DNA from: Candidatus Promineifilaceae bacterium
GTDB taxonomy: Bacteria; Chloroflexota; Anaerolineae; Promineifilales; Promineifilaceae
NCBI GenBank assembly: GCA_049650305.1
Contig: JBARZW010000065.1
Span: forward strand, 10,585 to 74,584
Direction of reading: 5' to 3'
Length of the DNA: 64,000 bases
Position 1 is the first letter of the stretch; the number at the start of each line of letters is the position of its first letter. The translations under genes were made by a program, and so were the position numbers. The notes beneath the pieces were generated by a model. That model did not search any database and was not told the origin of the DNA. It saw only the letters and a program-made list of their open reading frames with translations. Of the stretch, positions 29,267-37,246 are shown piece by piece.

Positions 29267-30246
29267 TACTCAATATGCTCCATGCAGAAAGTCAATATTT
29301 CCCGTGCCAACCTGCTCCGATCACCTTGGTCAACCATTAACGTATCCGTCTGCATTGTCAGTAAATCAGACTGGTCGGGAGAGTCTTCGTCCCGCACATC
29401 ACTGACAAATAAATCGATCAGGCCATCGTAATAGGAGGCAACTGCGCTCGAGGTAGCCGGCATTCCCATCTCCTGCATCATCTTCGCTGCCGGTCCCTTA
29501 ACCGCCTTCCCCGCGATAATTGGGCTGATGGCAACGACCATCGCGGGCAGATCCGTCACCATTTCCCGAATGGGGTATACGTTCAAAATCGGATCGATGC
29601 TTACAAAGGGATTAGACGGAGCGACGACTAAAATGTGCGTATTGGAAAGGGCGTTCACTACCTGCGTAGTTGCCCTGACGTCGTGGGGAAAGAGGATTTC
29701 TTTGACGGCCGGCTGCCACTGCTGTTCCACAAACCAGGTCTGAAAAGGGAGTTGTCCCTCATCTGTGTCTATTAGTGTCGGAGCTGGTTGGTCACTCATT
29801 GGTAATAGATCGACGCCGATGCCGAAAACATCACATAGATGATGGGTAACTCCGGATAAGGAGAGACCGTCCGCCAAGAGATGGGTTCGAATAAGGTGGG
29901 TTCCAAGGTCAAGATCCCCTAGGGCAAACCAATCAGGACCGCCCAGCCGTTTTACCTCCTCCATCGCTCGCCAACTTTCTCCTGAGCGCCCCCAGCCAGT
30001 TTCACTGTTTGCAACACCTGCTAACAAATACATGACCGTGTCAAGATCAGGACATATCCTGAGGCCAAGATGATCAAAATCATCACCGGTATTTACGACG
30101 ATCGATAAGTTCTCCGGAGAGACATGTTGGGCAATACCGTCAGCTATCTTTGCCCCCCCTACTCCACCCGCCAGAACCGTCACATGGATCTCTGCCAGCT
30201 TGTGACGCAAGTCACTCTCATCTCGGGTCGTGTTGCTAACTGACAT
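29266..30246 (-). CDS. cofD: 2-phospho-L-lactate transferase CofD (F420 biosynthesis)
   Basis: VTVLAGGVGGAKIADG, VVNTGDDF and APSNPFVSI motifs. Confidence 0.85.
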   Translation of the reverse strand: MSVSNTTRDESDLRHKLAEIHVTVLAGGVGGAKIADGIAQHVSPENLSIVVNTGDDFDHLGLRICPDLDTVMYLLAGVANSETGWGRSGESWRAMEEVKRLGGPDWFALGDLDLGTHLIRTHLLADGLSLSGVTHHLCDVFGIGVDLLPMSDQPAPTLIDTDEGQLPFQTWFVEQQWQPAVKEILFPHDVRATTQVVNALSNTHILVVAPSNPFVSIDPILNVYPIREMVTDLPAMVVAISPIIAGKAVKGPAAKMMQEMGMPATSSAVASYYDGLIDLFVSDVRDEDSPDQSDLLTMQTDTLMVDQGDRSRLAREILTFCMEHIE

Positions 30247-30412
30247 CTTAGAGAAAATGTATCAAAAATAGTTGGATGGGCACAGGGCATTCAGGCTACG
30301 TTTGGTCAACGATATTTCGCATCCCGATCCAAGATCTGTCTATGGTTCAGCGAGTGCTCGACTTTGGAAATAGGCAGATTTTCTCGACTAGAACAAGGCT
30401 CGAGCACGTAGA

Positions 30413-31150
30413 TCAGCTTACGAGGGATTCATTAGCGTTGATCGCTGCCAACTGATCCTGGCATATCTGTTCAATTCCTGTCCAGGCGAGATCTAATAGT
30501 TCATCAAGCACGTCACGATCCAGCGGTCGTTTTTCGGCCGTTCCCTGGATCTCTATAATCTCTCCTGTAGAGGTCATCACAACATTCAAGTCAACGTCAG
30601 CTGAGACATCTTCATCGTAGGCCAAATCGAGCATTGGTGTTCCGTTGACCACACCTACACTAATGGCAGCGATTTGCCGCTGCAATACATCACCGGTCAA
30701 TGCCCCTCGTTCGATCAGAGGTCGGAGGGCAAGATTAACGGCAATCCAGGCGCCCGATATTGCCGCGGTTCGTGTGCCACCATCGGCCTGAAGAACGTCG
30801 CAATCGACGATAAGTTGGCGTTCTCCCAACAATTCAAGATCCACAGCCATACGTAGACTTCGGCCAATGAGCCGGGATATCTCCTGCGTCCGTCCTTTTG
30901 GCCAGCGACGTTCCCGGCGGACCCGGCGTTGCGTGCTCCGGGGTAGTAAGGCGTATTCGGCCGTTAGCCAGCCGTGCGTTTCCGGCGATCTGAGCAACCA
31001 ATTTGGCAAGCTTTCCTCCAGAGTTACGTTACACAAGACATGAGTTTCCCCAAATCTCGCCAGCACAGAACCCTCGGCAAATAAGGAGAAATCCTTCTGA
31101 AACGTCAAGGGACGTAATTCATCCAGCAATCGCCCGTCGCTTCTATCCAT
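30413..31150 (-). CDS. rph: Ribonuclease PH
   Basis: RSDGR..ELRP, AEGSVL..FG.T.VLC, DCDVLQADGGTRTA. Confidence 0.9.
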   Translation of the reverse strand: MDRSDGRLLDELRPLTFQKDFSLFAEGSVLARFGETHVLCNVTLEESLPNWLLRSPETHGWLTAEYALLPRSTQRRVRRERRWPKGRTQEISRLIGRSLRMAVDLELLGERQLIVDCDVLQADGGTRTAAISGAWIAVNLALRPLIERGALTGDVLQRQIAAISVGVVNGTPMLDLAYDEDVSADVDLNVVMTSTGEIIEIQGTAEKRPLDRDVLDELLDLAWTGIEQICQDQLAAINANESLVS

Positions 31151-31163
31151 CTCTACTCCACTT

Positions 31164-33407
31164 TCAGCGTTTTCCTATAACGTAGGCCAGTGTACTGCGC
31201 CATTCAACAATCTGATTGAGTAGTTGACGACGGTAGGTTTCGCCGATCAACTCTATCTCACTCTCATCGAGCCCAGCAGCTTCCAACCTCGCCGCATATG
31301 TTGGCCTCTTTCCAGCCATCTGCCCATCGTTAATATCAAACCAGCGGTCCAAATGGCTGGCTGCAATTCTTCTCTGCTCTACCTGTTGTTCGCTCGTGGC
31401 ATGAACATCCACGAAACCTGCATCCCGTAGAGCGTCCACCAAAGCATCTTCATCCCAATTCACCAGAGGATCGTCTGAATTCAGATATATACTCTCCTCT
31501 GCCTGTCTTACCTTGTCCGAAAGATCCTTCGGAATGGCAGACCAATCGCAAAGCTCGTAGAGTCTCTGGCTTCGCTGGGGCACGACCTGGGTCAATGCGA
31601 TGCGCCCTCCAGGCCTTGCATGGCTCGCCACTCGACCTAGATTTTCTTGCCAATCGGTATGACGCGTAAACACGTTGCGACCGATAATCCGGTCAAAAAG
31701 TATGTCGGACTCTCCTCTCAAATCCAGCATCTTGTCTAATTCATCGATCTCGCCGATAAGAACTACTGGACGTTCCAAATTGGATAGCCGTTCTGATTGT
31801 TGGCGCAACGCTTCTCCAACACTCGGATCATCCGTAATAGCCCAGACGCCTCCCTCAGGGGCGCTTCTCAGGGCCTCCCAGGTAAATAATCCACTGCTCG
31901 CTTTCAGATCGAGTACGAGATGATGGCGCTGAATCTGTGCCTGTTCAAATACTCTATCGCGAACGTGGGCAAGATTTCGTCCACTATTGGCAATTGTGCG
32001 CTGTAACCAGGCATCGCGAGCACGATCCACCGGTCCAGTAGTCAAACCCTCCGGCATGGTCGCGTCTAATTCAATCATTGCTGCCAGTTGCTCTTCCCGG
32101 CGTCTGGAAACCTCTTCCCGAATACCATGTTCGTAACCCTGATCGCTAGGATTAAAAAACACCTTTCCCTGTAAGCTATCGGGCAAATACTGTTGGGCTA
32201 CCCAGTGATCGCGATAGGCATGAGGATAAAGATAGCCGGCACCGTGACCAAATCCTTGGGCATCACGACTGCTATCCCTTAAATGAGTTGGCACCTCCGT
32301 CTCGCGCTCAGCCTCCACGGTCGCCAGCGCATCGAAAAACGCCAATGTTGAGTTAGACTTCTTGCAGGTCGAGAGGTAGAGAGCAGCCTGGGCCAGATGA
32401 AAGCGACCCTCGGGCATACCAACACGTTCATATAGCTCCCAGCAACCAGCCACGACGACGGCTGCATTTGGGTCGGCAATGCCGACGTCCTCGCTGGCCA
32501 TAATCGCCATTCGCCTGAAAATAAACCGGGGATCCTCGCCGGCATAAACCATCTTAGCCATCCAATAGAGAGCAGCGTCAGGATCGGAACCGCGCAAGCT
32601 CTTTATGAATGCCGATATCGTATCGTAATGGACGTCACCTTCCTTATCATAGAGGACGGCTCGCTTCTGAATTGACTCCTCGGCTACTTTCAGATCTACC
32701 ACGATGGAGCCTTCATCATCAGGGGGCGTGGTCTCGACGGCAAGTTCTAGGGCGTTAAGGACTCCGCGCGCATCTCCATTCGCCACATCGACAAGATGAT
32801 CCAGTGCGTCTGGTTTGATTATTACATCGAGCTTGCCGTACCCCAACTCGGGTTCGGCAATAACCCTCCGTGCAATATCGTAGAGATCTTGCGGCAATAA
32901 TGGTTTGAGCTGGAATATCCGGCTTCGGCTGACGAGGGCCTTGTTCACCTCAAAGTACGGGTTTTCAGTGGTGGCTCCGATCATGATGATCGTACCGATT
33001 TCTACGTGTGGCAACAACGCATCCTGTTGGGCCTTGTTCCACCGATGCACCTCGTCAACGAATAGAATTGTGCGCTGTCCATACAAGTTGCGACGCTCTT
33101 TAGCTTCCTTGATCGACTCGCGAATCTGGGCAACTCCCGCCAGGACAGCATTGATGGTGATAAAGTGGCTCTCCGTCGTATTCGCGATAATCATTGCTAG
33201 CGTTGTCTTTCCCGTTCCTGGGGGTCCATAGAAAATGAGGGAAGACAACTGGTCGGCCTGAATCGCTCGGCGCAGCAACCGGCCAGGACCCACGATATGC
33301 TCCTGGCCCACGAAATCCTCGAGGGTTCGCGGCCGCATCCGGTTCGCTAAGGGAGACTCCTGTTCGATTTGTTCTTTGCGGCCGTGAGCGAATAGATCCA
33401 TCTTCAT
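31164..33407 (-). CDS. rarA: Replication-associated recombination protein A (RarA/MgsA) with a C-terminal extension of about 290 aa resembling a class I methyltransferase
   Basis: The first ~445 aa are RarA-like (GPPGTGKTT, LFVDEVHRWNK, GATTENP, GDARGVLNALE, MgsA_C region). The following ~290 aa contain VLDLKASSG and ARPGGRIALTQ, which are MTase-fold-like. Confidence 0.85.
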   Translation of the reverse strand: MKMDLFAHGRKEQIEQESPLANRMRPRTLEDFVGQEHIVGPGRLLRRAIQADQLSSLIFYGPPGTGKTTLAMIIANTTESHFITINAVLAGVAQIRESIKEAKERRNLYGQRTILFVDEVHRWNKAQQDALLPHVEIGTIIMIGATTENPYFEVNKALVSRSRIFQLKPLLPQDLYDIARRVIAEPELGYGKLDVIIKPDALDHLVDVANGDARGVLNALELAVETTPPDDEGSIVVDLKVAEESIQKRAVLYDKEGDVHYDTISAFIKSLRGSDPDAALYWMAKMVYAGEDPRFIFRRMAIMASEDVGIADPNAAVVVAGCWELYERVGMPEGRFHLAQAALYLSTCKKSNSTLAFFDALATVEAERETEVPTHLRDSSRDAQGFGHGAGYLYPHAYRDHWVAQQYLPDSLQGKVFFNPSDQGYEHGIREEVSRRREEQLAAMIELDATMPEGLTTGPVDRARDAWLQRTIANSGRNLAHVRDRVFEQAQIQRHHLVLDLKASSGLFTWEALRSAPEGGVWAITDDPSVGEALRQQSERLSNLERPVVLIGEIDELDKMLDLRGESDILFDRIIGRNVFTRHTDWQENLGRVASHARPGGRIALTQVVPQRSQRLYELCDWSAIPKDLSDKVRQAEESIYLNSDDPLVNWDEDALVDALRDAGFVDVHATSEQQVEQRRIAASHLDRWFDINDGQMAGKRPTYAARLEAAGLDESEIELIGETYRRQLLNQIVEWRSTLAYVIGKR

Positions 33408-33522
33408 GATTGTATCCAGATAGCGCGTGAAACCACAATGAAAAATGGGTTTGGCATTGTTGCCGATGCCATCGTGGAGAGAGTCGTGCGAGCCGCACGA
33501 GGCCCTCGCAGGACAAAACGAC

Positions 33523-33840
33523 TTAGATCTGGAAGCCTAGTTTATAGGGGATGACTTTGTAATCTAGCTCCGTGACATGGTTGCTTAGCTCTTCGGTTAG
33601 CTCCTCCCACGTTTCCCCTTCCAGCACATCTCTCAGGATATCGCCATCCTGGGAAATAAACCCGATGAGGCGATTCGGATATTCTCCAAAAGCGGTGTGC
33701 CAGGCCTCGCTCATTTCGAGTCCCATGTTTTGCATCTCGGGGATATATCTCCCCAAAACAAACTCGTAATATCCCTGGGCATCATCCAGGTTGATGTTGT
33801 AGCTTATCAGTAATTTCAGACCTTTTTCGACATCATTCAT
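33523..33840 (-). CDS. Hypothetical protein (105 aa)
   Basis: Clean ORF with ordinary composition; no family recognised. Confidence 0.45.
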   Translation of the reverse strand: MNDVEKGLKLLISYNINLDDAQGYYEFVLGRYIPEMQNMGLEMSEAWHTAFGEYPNRLIGFISQDGDILRDVLEGETWEELTEELSNHVTELDYKVIPYKLGFQI

Positions 33841-33998
33841 GAGAACTACCGTTGGCTGATCCGGATTATCGGTTTAGGACATAGGTCAGTGGCCGTATAT
33901 GCTCCTGCGGATCGCGCTTCCGTTCAATTGTAGCCATTGCCATCCGACCTGGCCAATCGAGCGGCTTATACTGGCAATACAGTGGAGAGGCGTTCGCT

Positions 33999-34682
33999 CT
34001 AGATATTTCCCTCTTGGTCAATGCGCTGAAAATAATCGCACTCTTCTTGGAGAAAACAGTCGGCACATCGCGGATTTCTAGCAATACAGATCTCACGACC
34101 ATGCCTGATTAGATTTAAATGAAAAGCATAGAAGGTATCAGGATCGCCCATTGCTTCGAGAATACCATGAGCCTTATCGGCACTGACTTTCGGCTCTAAC
34201 AAACCTATCCTCTTGGTTAACCGGTGAACGTGCGTATCTACCGGAAAAGCAGGACGGCCGAAAGCAAATAGCAGGACGATAGAAGCCGTCTTCGGACCGA
34301 CGCCTGGTAGGGCGATTAACCAGGCCTTTGCCTCATCGCGAGGTAACTCCTTTAGAAATTCAAGGCTTAATTCGCCGCTTTGCTCGTTGATCCGTCTTAG
34401 GGCATTCTGGATCCGTGGCGCCTTCTGGTTTGCCAGCCCGGCCGAGCGGATGGTGTCACGAACGTCTTCCTCTGGTGCCTCCATGACCAATTCCCATTCC
34501 GGATAGCGCGCTTTCAGGGAGAAGAATGCCATGTCTCGATTGCTGTCGGAGGTACTCTGGGAGAGAATAGTGCTGACCAGCTCGTCAACCGGGGGAAGAT
34601 GTTGGCGCCACTCCGGTTCTCCATACCTCTCGCCAAGAAGTCTATAGATAGTCTGATACTTCACCCGAAGATCCACGCTCAT
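33999..34682 (-). CDS. Endonuclease III family HhH-GPD DNA glycosylase/lyase with a 4Fe-4S cluster
   Basis: HhH LPGVGPKTASIVL with a Lys, catalytic VDTHVHR, and a C-x6-C-x2-C-x5-C cluster (CIARNPRCADCFLQEEC). Confidence 0.85.
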   Translation of the reverse strand: MSVDLRVKYQTIYRLLGERYGEPEWRQHLPPVDELVSTILSQSTSDSNRDMAFFSLKARYPEWELVMEAPEEDVRDTIRSAGLANQKAPRIQNALRRINEQSGELSLEFLKELPRDEAKAWLIALPGVGPKTASIVLLFAFGRPAFPVDTHVHRLTKRIGLLEPKVSADKAHGILEAMGDPDTFYAFHLNLIRHGREICIARNPRCADCFLQEECDYFQRIDQEGNI

Positions 34683-34708
34683 TCCCTTGTTAATAGCTAC
34701 CCTTCCTG

Positions 34709-36484
34709 CTAGTGACTGGCGCCGGCTTTCGTCTTTCTGATAGTCAATCGGTCCAGTAATGCTTCTGTGATGGCTACGCCTTCCATTGGTGAAAGGCCAA
34801 GGATGTCAAACACTACGGCGTTAAGCGCTTGCCAATCGGCTTGCCTGGCCTCGTCATAAACGCTGCCTACGGGACGATCGAGAAGAGCCTCAAAAGCAGA
34901 GACCAGTTCATCCGCCTGTACGGAAGGGAGGTATCTTGGATCGGGGAGCAACAGGCTTTCAACCTCATAGGTTGCCAACCAAAGGACCCCTTCGCCGAAA
35001 TTCACCCGCCCATTCAACTCTAACTGTAGCTCAAACCAGGCACTGTTAAGAAGCGCGGCGGCTGCATTCAGGGCGATACCATCGGCCAAATAGGTCTGGT
35101 ATAGTTGTTGATCCACAGCCATACTGCCATCAACTACCGGGGCGAAATGACGCTCCCAGATGCCTTTTGCCAGTAAGAGTGGGGCTTCCTCCTGCTGCGG
35201 AAGGTAATACCAGGGTCGACGCCCTCTGCAGGTTGTTCGCTGATGGAAGCCCTGGCTTTCTCCCCATAGGATATACTCGCCAACGGCCGTTCCTTTTAGC
35301 CGGTCATCTGGACCGACCGATAACAATTCAAGGTCACAATCGCCGGCACTCACTTTTCTAGCGTTGGTATTGCGAAAGGATTTGATCAAGGGTTTGCGGT
35401 ATGAATCCTCAATTTCCCATTCATCAACCGTTTTCTGATTGAGATAGAAGAATGAATTAGCGCCCGTTGTGTAGCCTCTCCTGACGGTGGCCCAGCTCTT
35501 AAAAGGGTGCAATTCGACCGCCTGTGTCCGTTGCAGGAGGACTGTTGGCGCTCTCAGGATATAGCCCCACTTCTCTGCCGGCGCCAACCCCTGCTGCATT
35601 ACTCCTCGCGTAGTGATGGCCTCGCCTTCGAAAGCATCCTCGGACACAATGGGTGTGATGAGGCTATCCAGGAATGGAAGGCGCCGGCTGTCATCCTCCT
35701 TATATGGGATTAGATTTCGCAGAGGGCTGCGAACCCGGACCATCTTTACCTGATTAGCGGCTCGCTTGTCAGCATCGCTGCACTTTTCAAGGATCACCAG
35801 ACAGGTGTTAATCTTGGCCTGGCTGAACCAACGTTCGACACTCGATTCGATGAGAGCGATGATCTTATAATGCTCAAGCAGGAACTGTTTAAGCCGTTCG
35901 CCATATGCCACGTCGAGCCAACTGTTTGGAACGACGAATCCGAATCGACCGCCTTCTCGCAAAAACTGGGTTCCATGCAAAAAGAAATAAGCGTGAAGAC
36001 CAGCTCTCCTACTGAGGGTTTGACTATCTGATCTTCCCTTTCTCCGGTAAGGTACAATGCCATCCGTGTCGTCGAACATGCTCAACTGCTGTGCGAATTG
36101 ACGTCGAATCCGTTGGTCCTTTTCTATCCAGCCGATCCATTCCGCCCTGGTATAAGGTGGGTTGCCGACAATGGCGTCAAAAAGCCCATCCGGCCAAGGT
36201 TGCATCTCGAAGAAGTTGCGTCCGATGATGTGCGCCTCGGGAACAACCTCCTGAGCATGGGCGGCAGCTTCCGAATCAAGCTCCACCCCCCACAATCTAG
36301 GGTTCGACTTCCGGCTAGGATCAAGCCACCGCTGCATCTGAGCGGCTCTGGCCAATATCGCGCCGTTTCCACAGCTGGGATCCAGCACACGATCTTCGGG
36401 ACGTCTCAGGCAAAAACCCAACAACAGATCTGCTACGTCGACGGGCGTTTCAAATTGCCCGTAAGCAAGTTGTTTGTCTGGCAT
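34709..36484 (-). CDS. N6-adenine DNA methyltransferase (gamma-class motif order, TaqI/Eco57I-like with a C-terminal recognition domain)
   Basis: Motif I VLDPSCGNGAIL is followed by motif IV GNPPYTRAEW. 591 aa, and I see no nuclease-like domain. Confidence 0.85.
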   Translation of the reverse strand: MPDKQLAYGQFETPVDVADLLLGFCLRRPEDRVLDPSCGNGAILARAAQMQRWLDPSRKSNPRLWGVELDSEAAAHAQEVVPEAHIIGRNFFEMQPWPDGLFDAIVGNPPYTRAEWIGWIEKDQRIRRQFAQQLSMFDDTDGIVPYRRKGRSDSQTLSRRAGLHAYFFLHGTQFLREGGRFGFVVPNSWLDVAYGERLKQFLLEHYKIIALIESSVERWFSQAKINTCLVILEKCSDADKRAANQVKMVRVRSPLRNLIPYKEDDSRRLPFLDSLITPIVSEDAFEGEAITTRGVMQQGLAPAEKWGYILRAPTVLLQRTQAVELHPFKSWATVRRGYTTGANSFFYLNQKTVDEWEIEDSYRKPLIKSFRNTNARKVSAGDCDLELLSVGPDDRLKGTAVGEYILWGESQGFHQRTTCRGRRPWYYLPQQEEAPLLLAKGIWERHFAPVVDGSMAVDQQLYQTYLADGIALNAAAALLNSAWFELQLELNGRVNFGEGVLWLATYEVESLLLPDPRYLPSVQADELVSAFEALLDRPVGSVYDEARQADWQALNAVVFDILGLSPMEGVAITEALLDRLTIRKTKAGASH

Positions 36485-36665
36485 GGCAACCTCGAATCAG
36501 CTACGACGAAACCATTTGATACATGTGGGTCGGCTCATTATACTCCACGGTATGCACAGGCAAAAAGAGTTTCCGTCTCAACCTGCACCAGGTCGTCTGC
36601 TGGTAGGAGAGCCTTGTGGCACCTAGCAGCCCGTCAGGTGAGAATCAGAGGATGATCCGGCCGAT

Positions 36666-37136
36666 ATGAGTGACAACGAAACCAAACTATCTCAGCGGGA
36701 CTTCTTGCGCACGCTGCCTGATGCCTTGCTTCCGCAACTACCGGAACCATTGCAGGGCATCAAAGTCAGGCAGCCATGGCGCTATCTGGTCCAATTTCAC
36801 TACGGTGAGCCTTGGCTTCACTACGAGGTGTCAAGAACCATACCGCGTGGTGGTTACGAGGTGGGTTTCCACTGCGAATCTCGCGATAAAGATCTTAACC
36901 ACTATCTGCTTCTCGGCTTTAGACAGCACTTATTTGAAATAAAGGACGAACTGGGGGATAGCATTGAAGCAGAGATGTGGGACCGGGGTTGGACGAAAAT
37001 TTACGAAGTTATTGCCGACGAGATATTGACGACCACTTACCAGCAACTCGTCGTCGCCAGGTTGGCTAAGATTATCATCTGCCTGCATCCTATCTATGTC
37101 GAGCTCAGAGGACAAATTGCCCGAATATATCGATAA
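36666..37136 (+). CDS. Hypothetical protein (156 aa)
   Basis: Clean ORF divergent from the methyltransferase. No family recognised with confidence, though there is a vague resemblance to small domains found near R-M genes. Confidence 0.5.
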   Translation: MSDNETKLSQRDFLRTLPDALLPQLPEPLQGIKVRQPWRYLVQFHYGEPWLHYEVSRTIPRGGYEVGFHCESRDKDLNHYLLLGFRQHLFEIKDELGDSIEAEMWDRGWTKIYEVIADEILTTTYQQLVVARLAKIIICLHPIYVELRGQIARIYR

Positions 37137-37240
37137 TGGCTGACAGGAGTCAGCTGGCTGACAGGAGTCAACGGCCAACAGGAGTTGGCTTCTGACAGGA
37201 GTCGACGGCTGATAGGCGTCAGCGGCTGATAGGAATCAGC
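37137..37240. repeat. Tandem array of six 16-18 nt hairpin units with an AGGA (AGGC in unit 5) tetraloop
   Basis: Units are at 37137-54, 37155-72, 37173-90, 37191-206, 37207-23 and 37224-40. Perfect 6-bp stems are GCTGAC/GTCAGC, GCCAAC/GTTGGC and GCTGAT/ATCAGC. The array fills the whole convergent intergenic space. Confidence 0.85.
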
Positions 37241-37246
37241 TTGGCA

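Noticed and set aside
30247-30412. The 8-bp inverted repeat GTGCTCGA...TCGAGCAC between rph and cofD as a terminator
   Set aside because: The arms are separated by about 43 nt and no T-tract follows on the minus strand, so the support is too weak to call.
37137-37240. The hairpin array as a CRISPR array or as coding sequence (ORF 36930..37178)
   Set aside because: The units are 16-18 nt and directly abutting, with no spacers, so this is not a CRISPR array. The overlapping 82-aa ORF merely translates the repeats (DSCQPADSCQP) and has no start context.
33523-37246. The methyltransferase region as a mobile genomic island or a complete R-M/defence system
   Set aside because: I recognised no integrase, transposase, flanking tRNA, direct repeats or nuclease/helicase partner. 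The flanking genes (rarA, asnS) are housekeeping genes.
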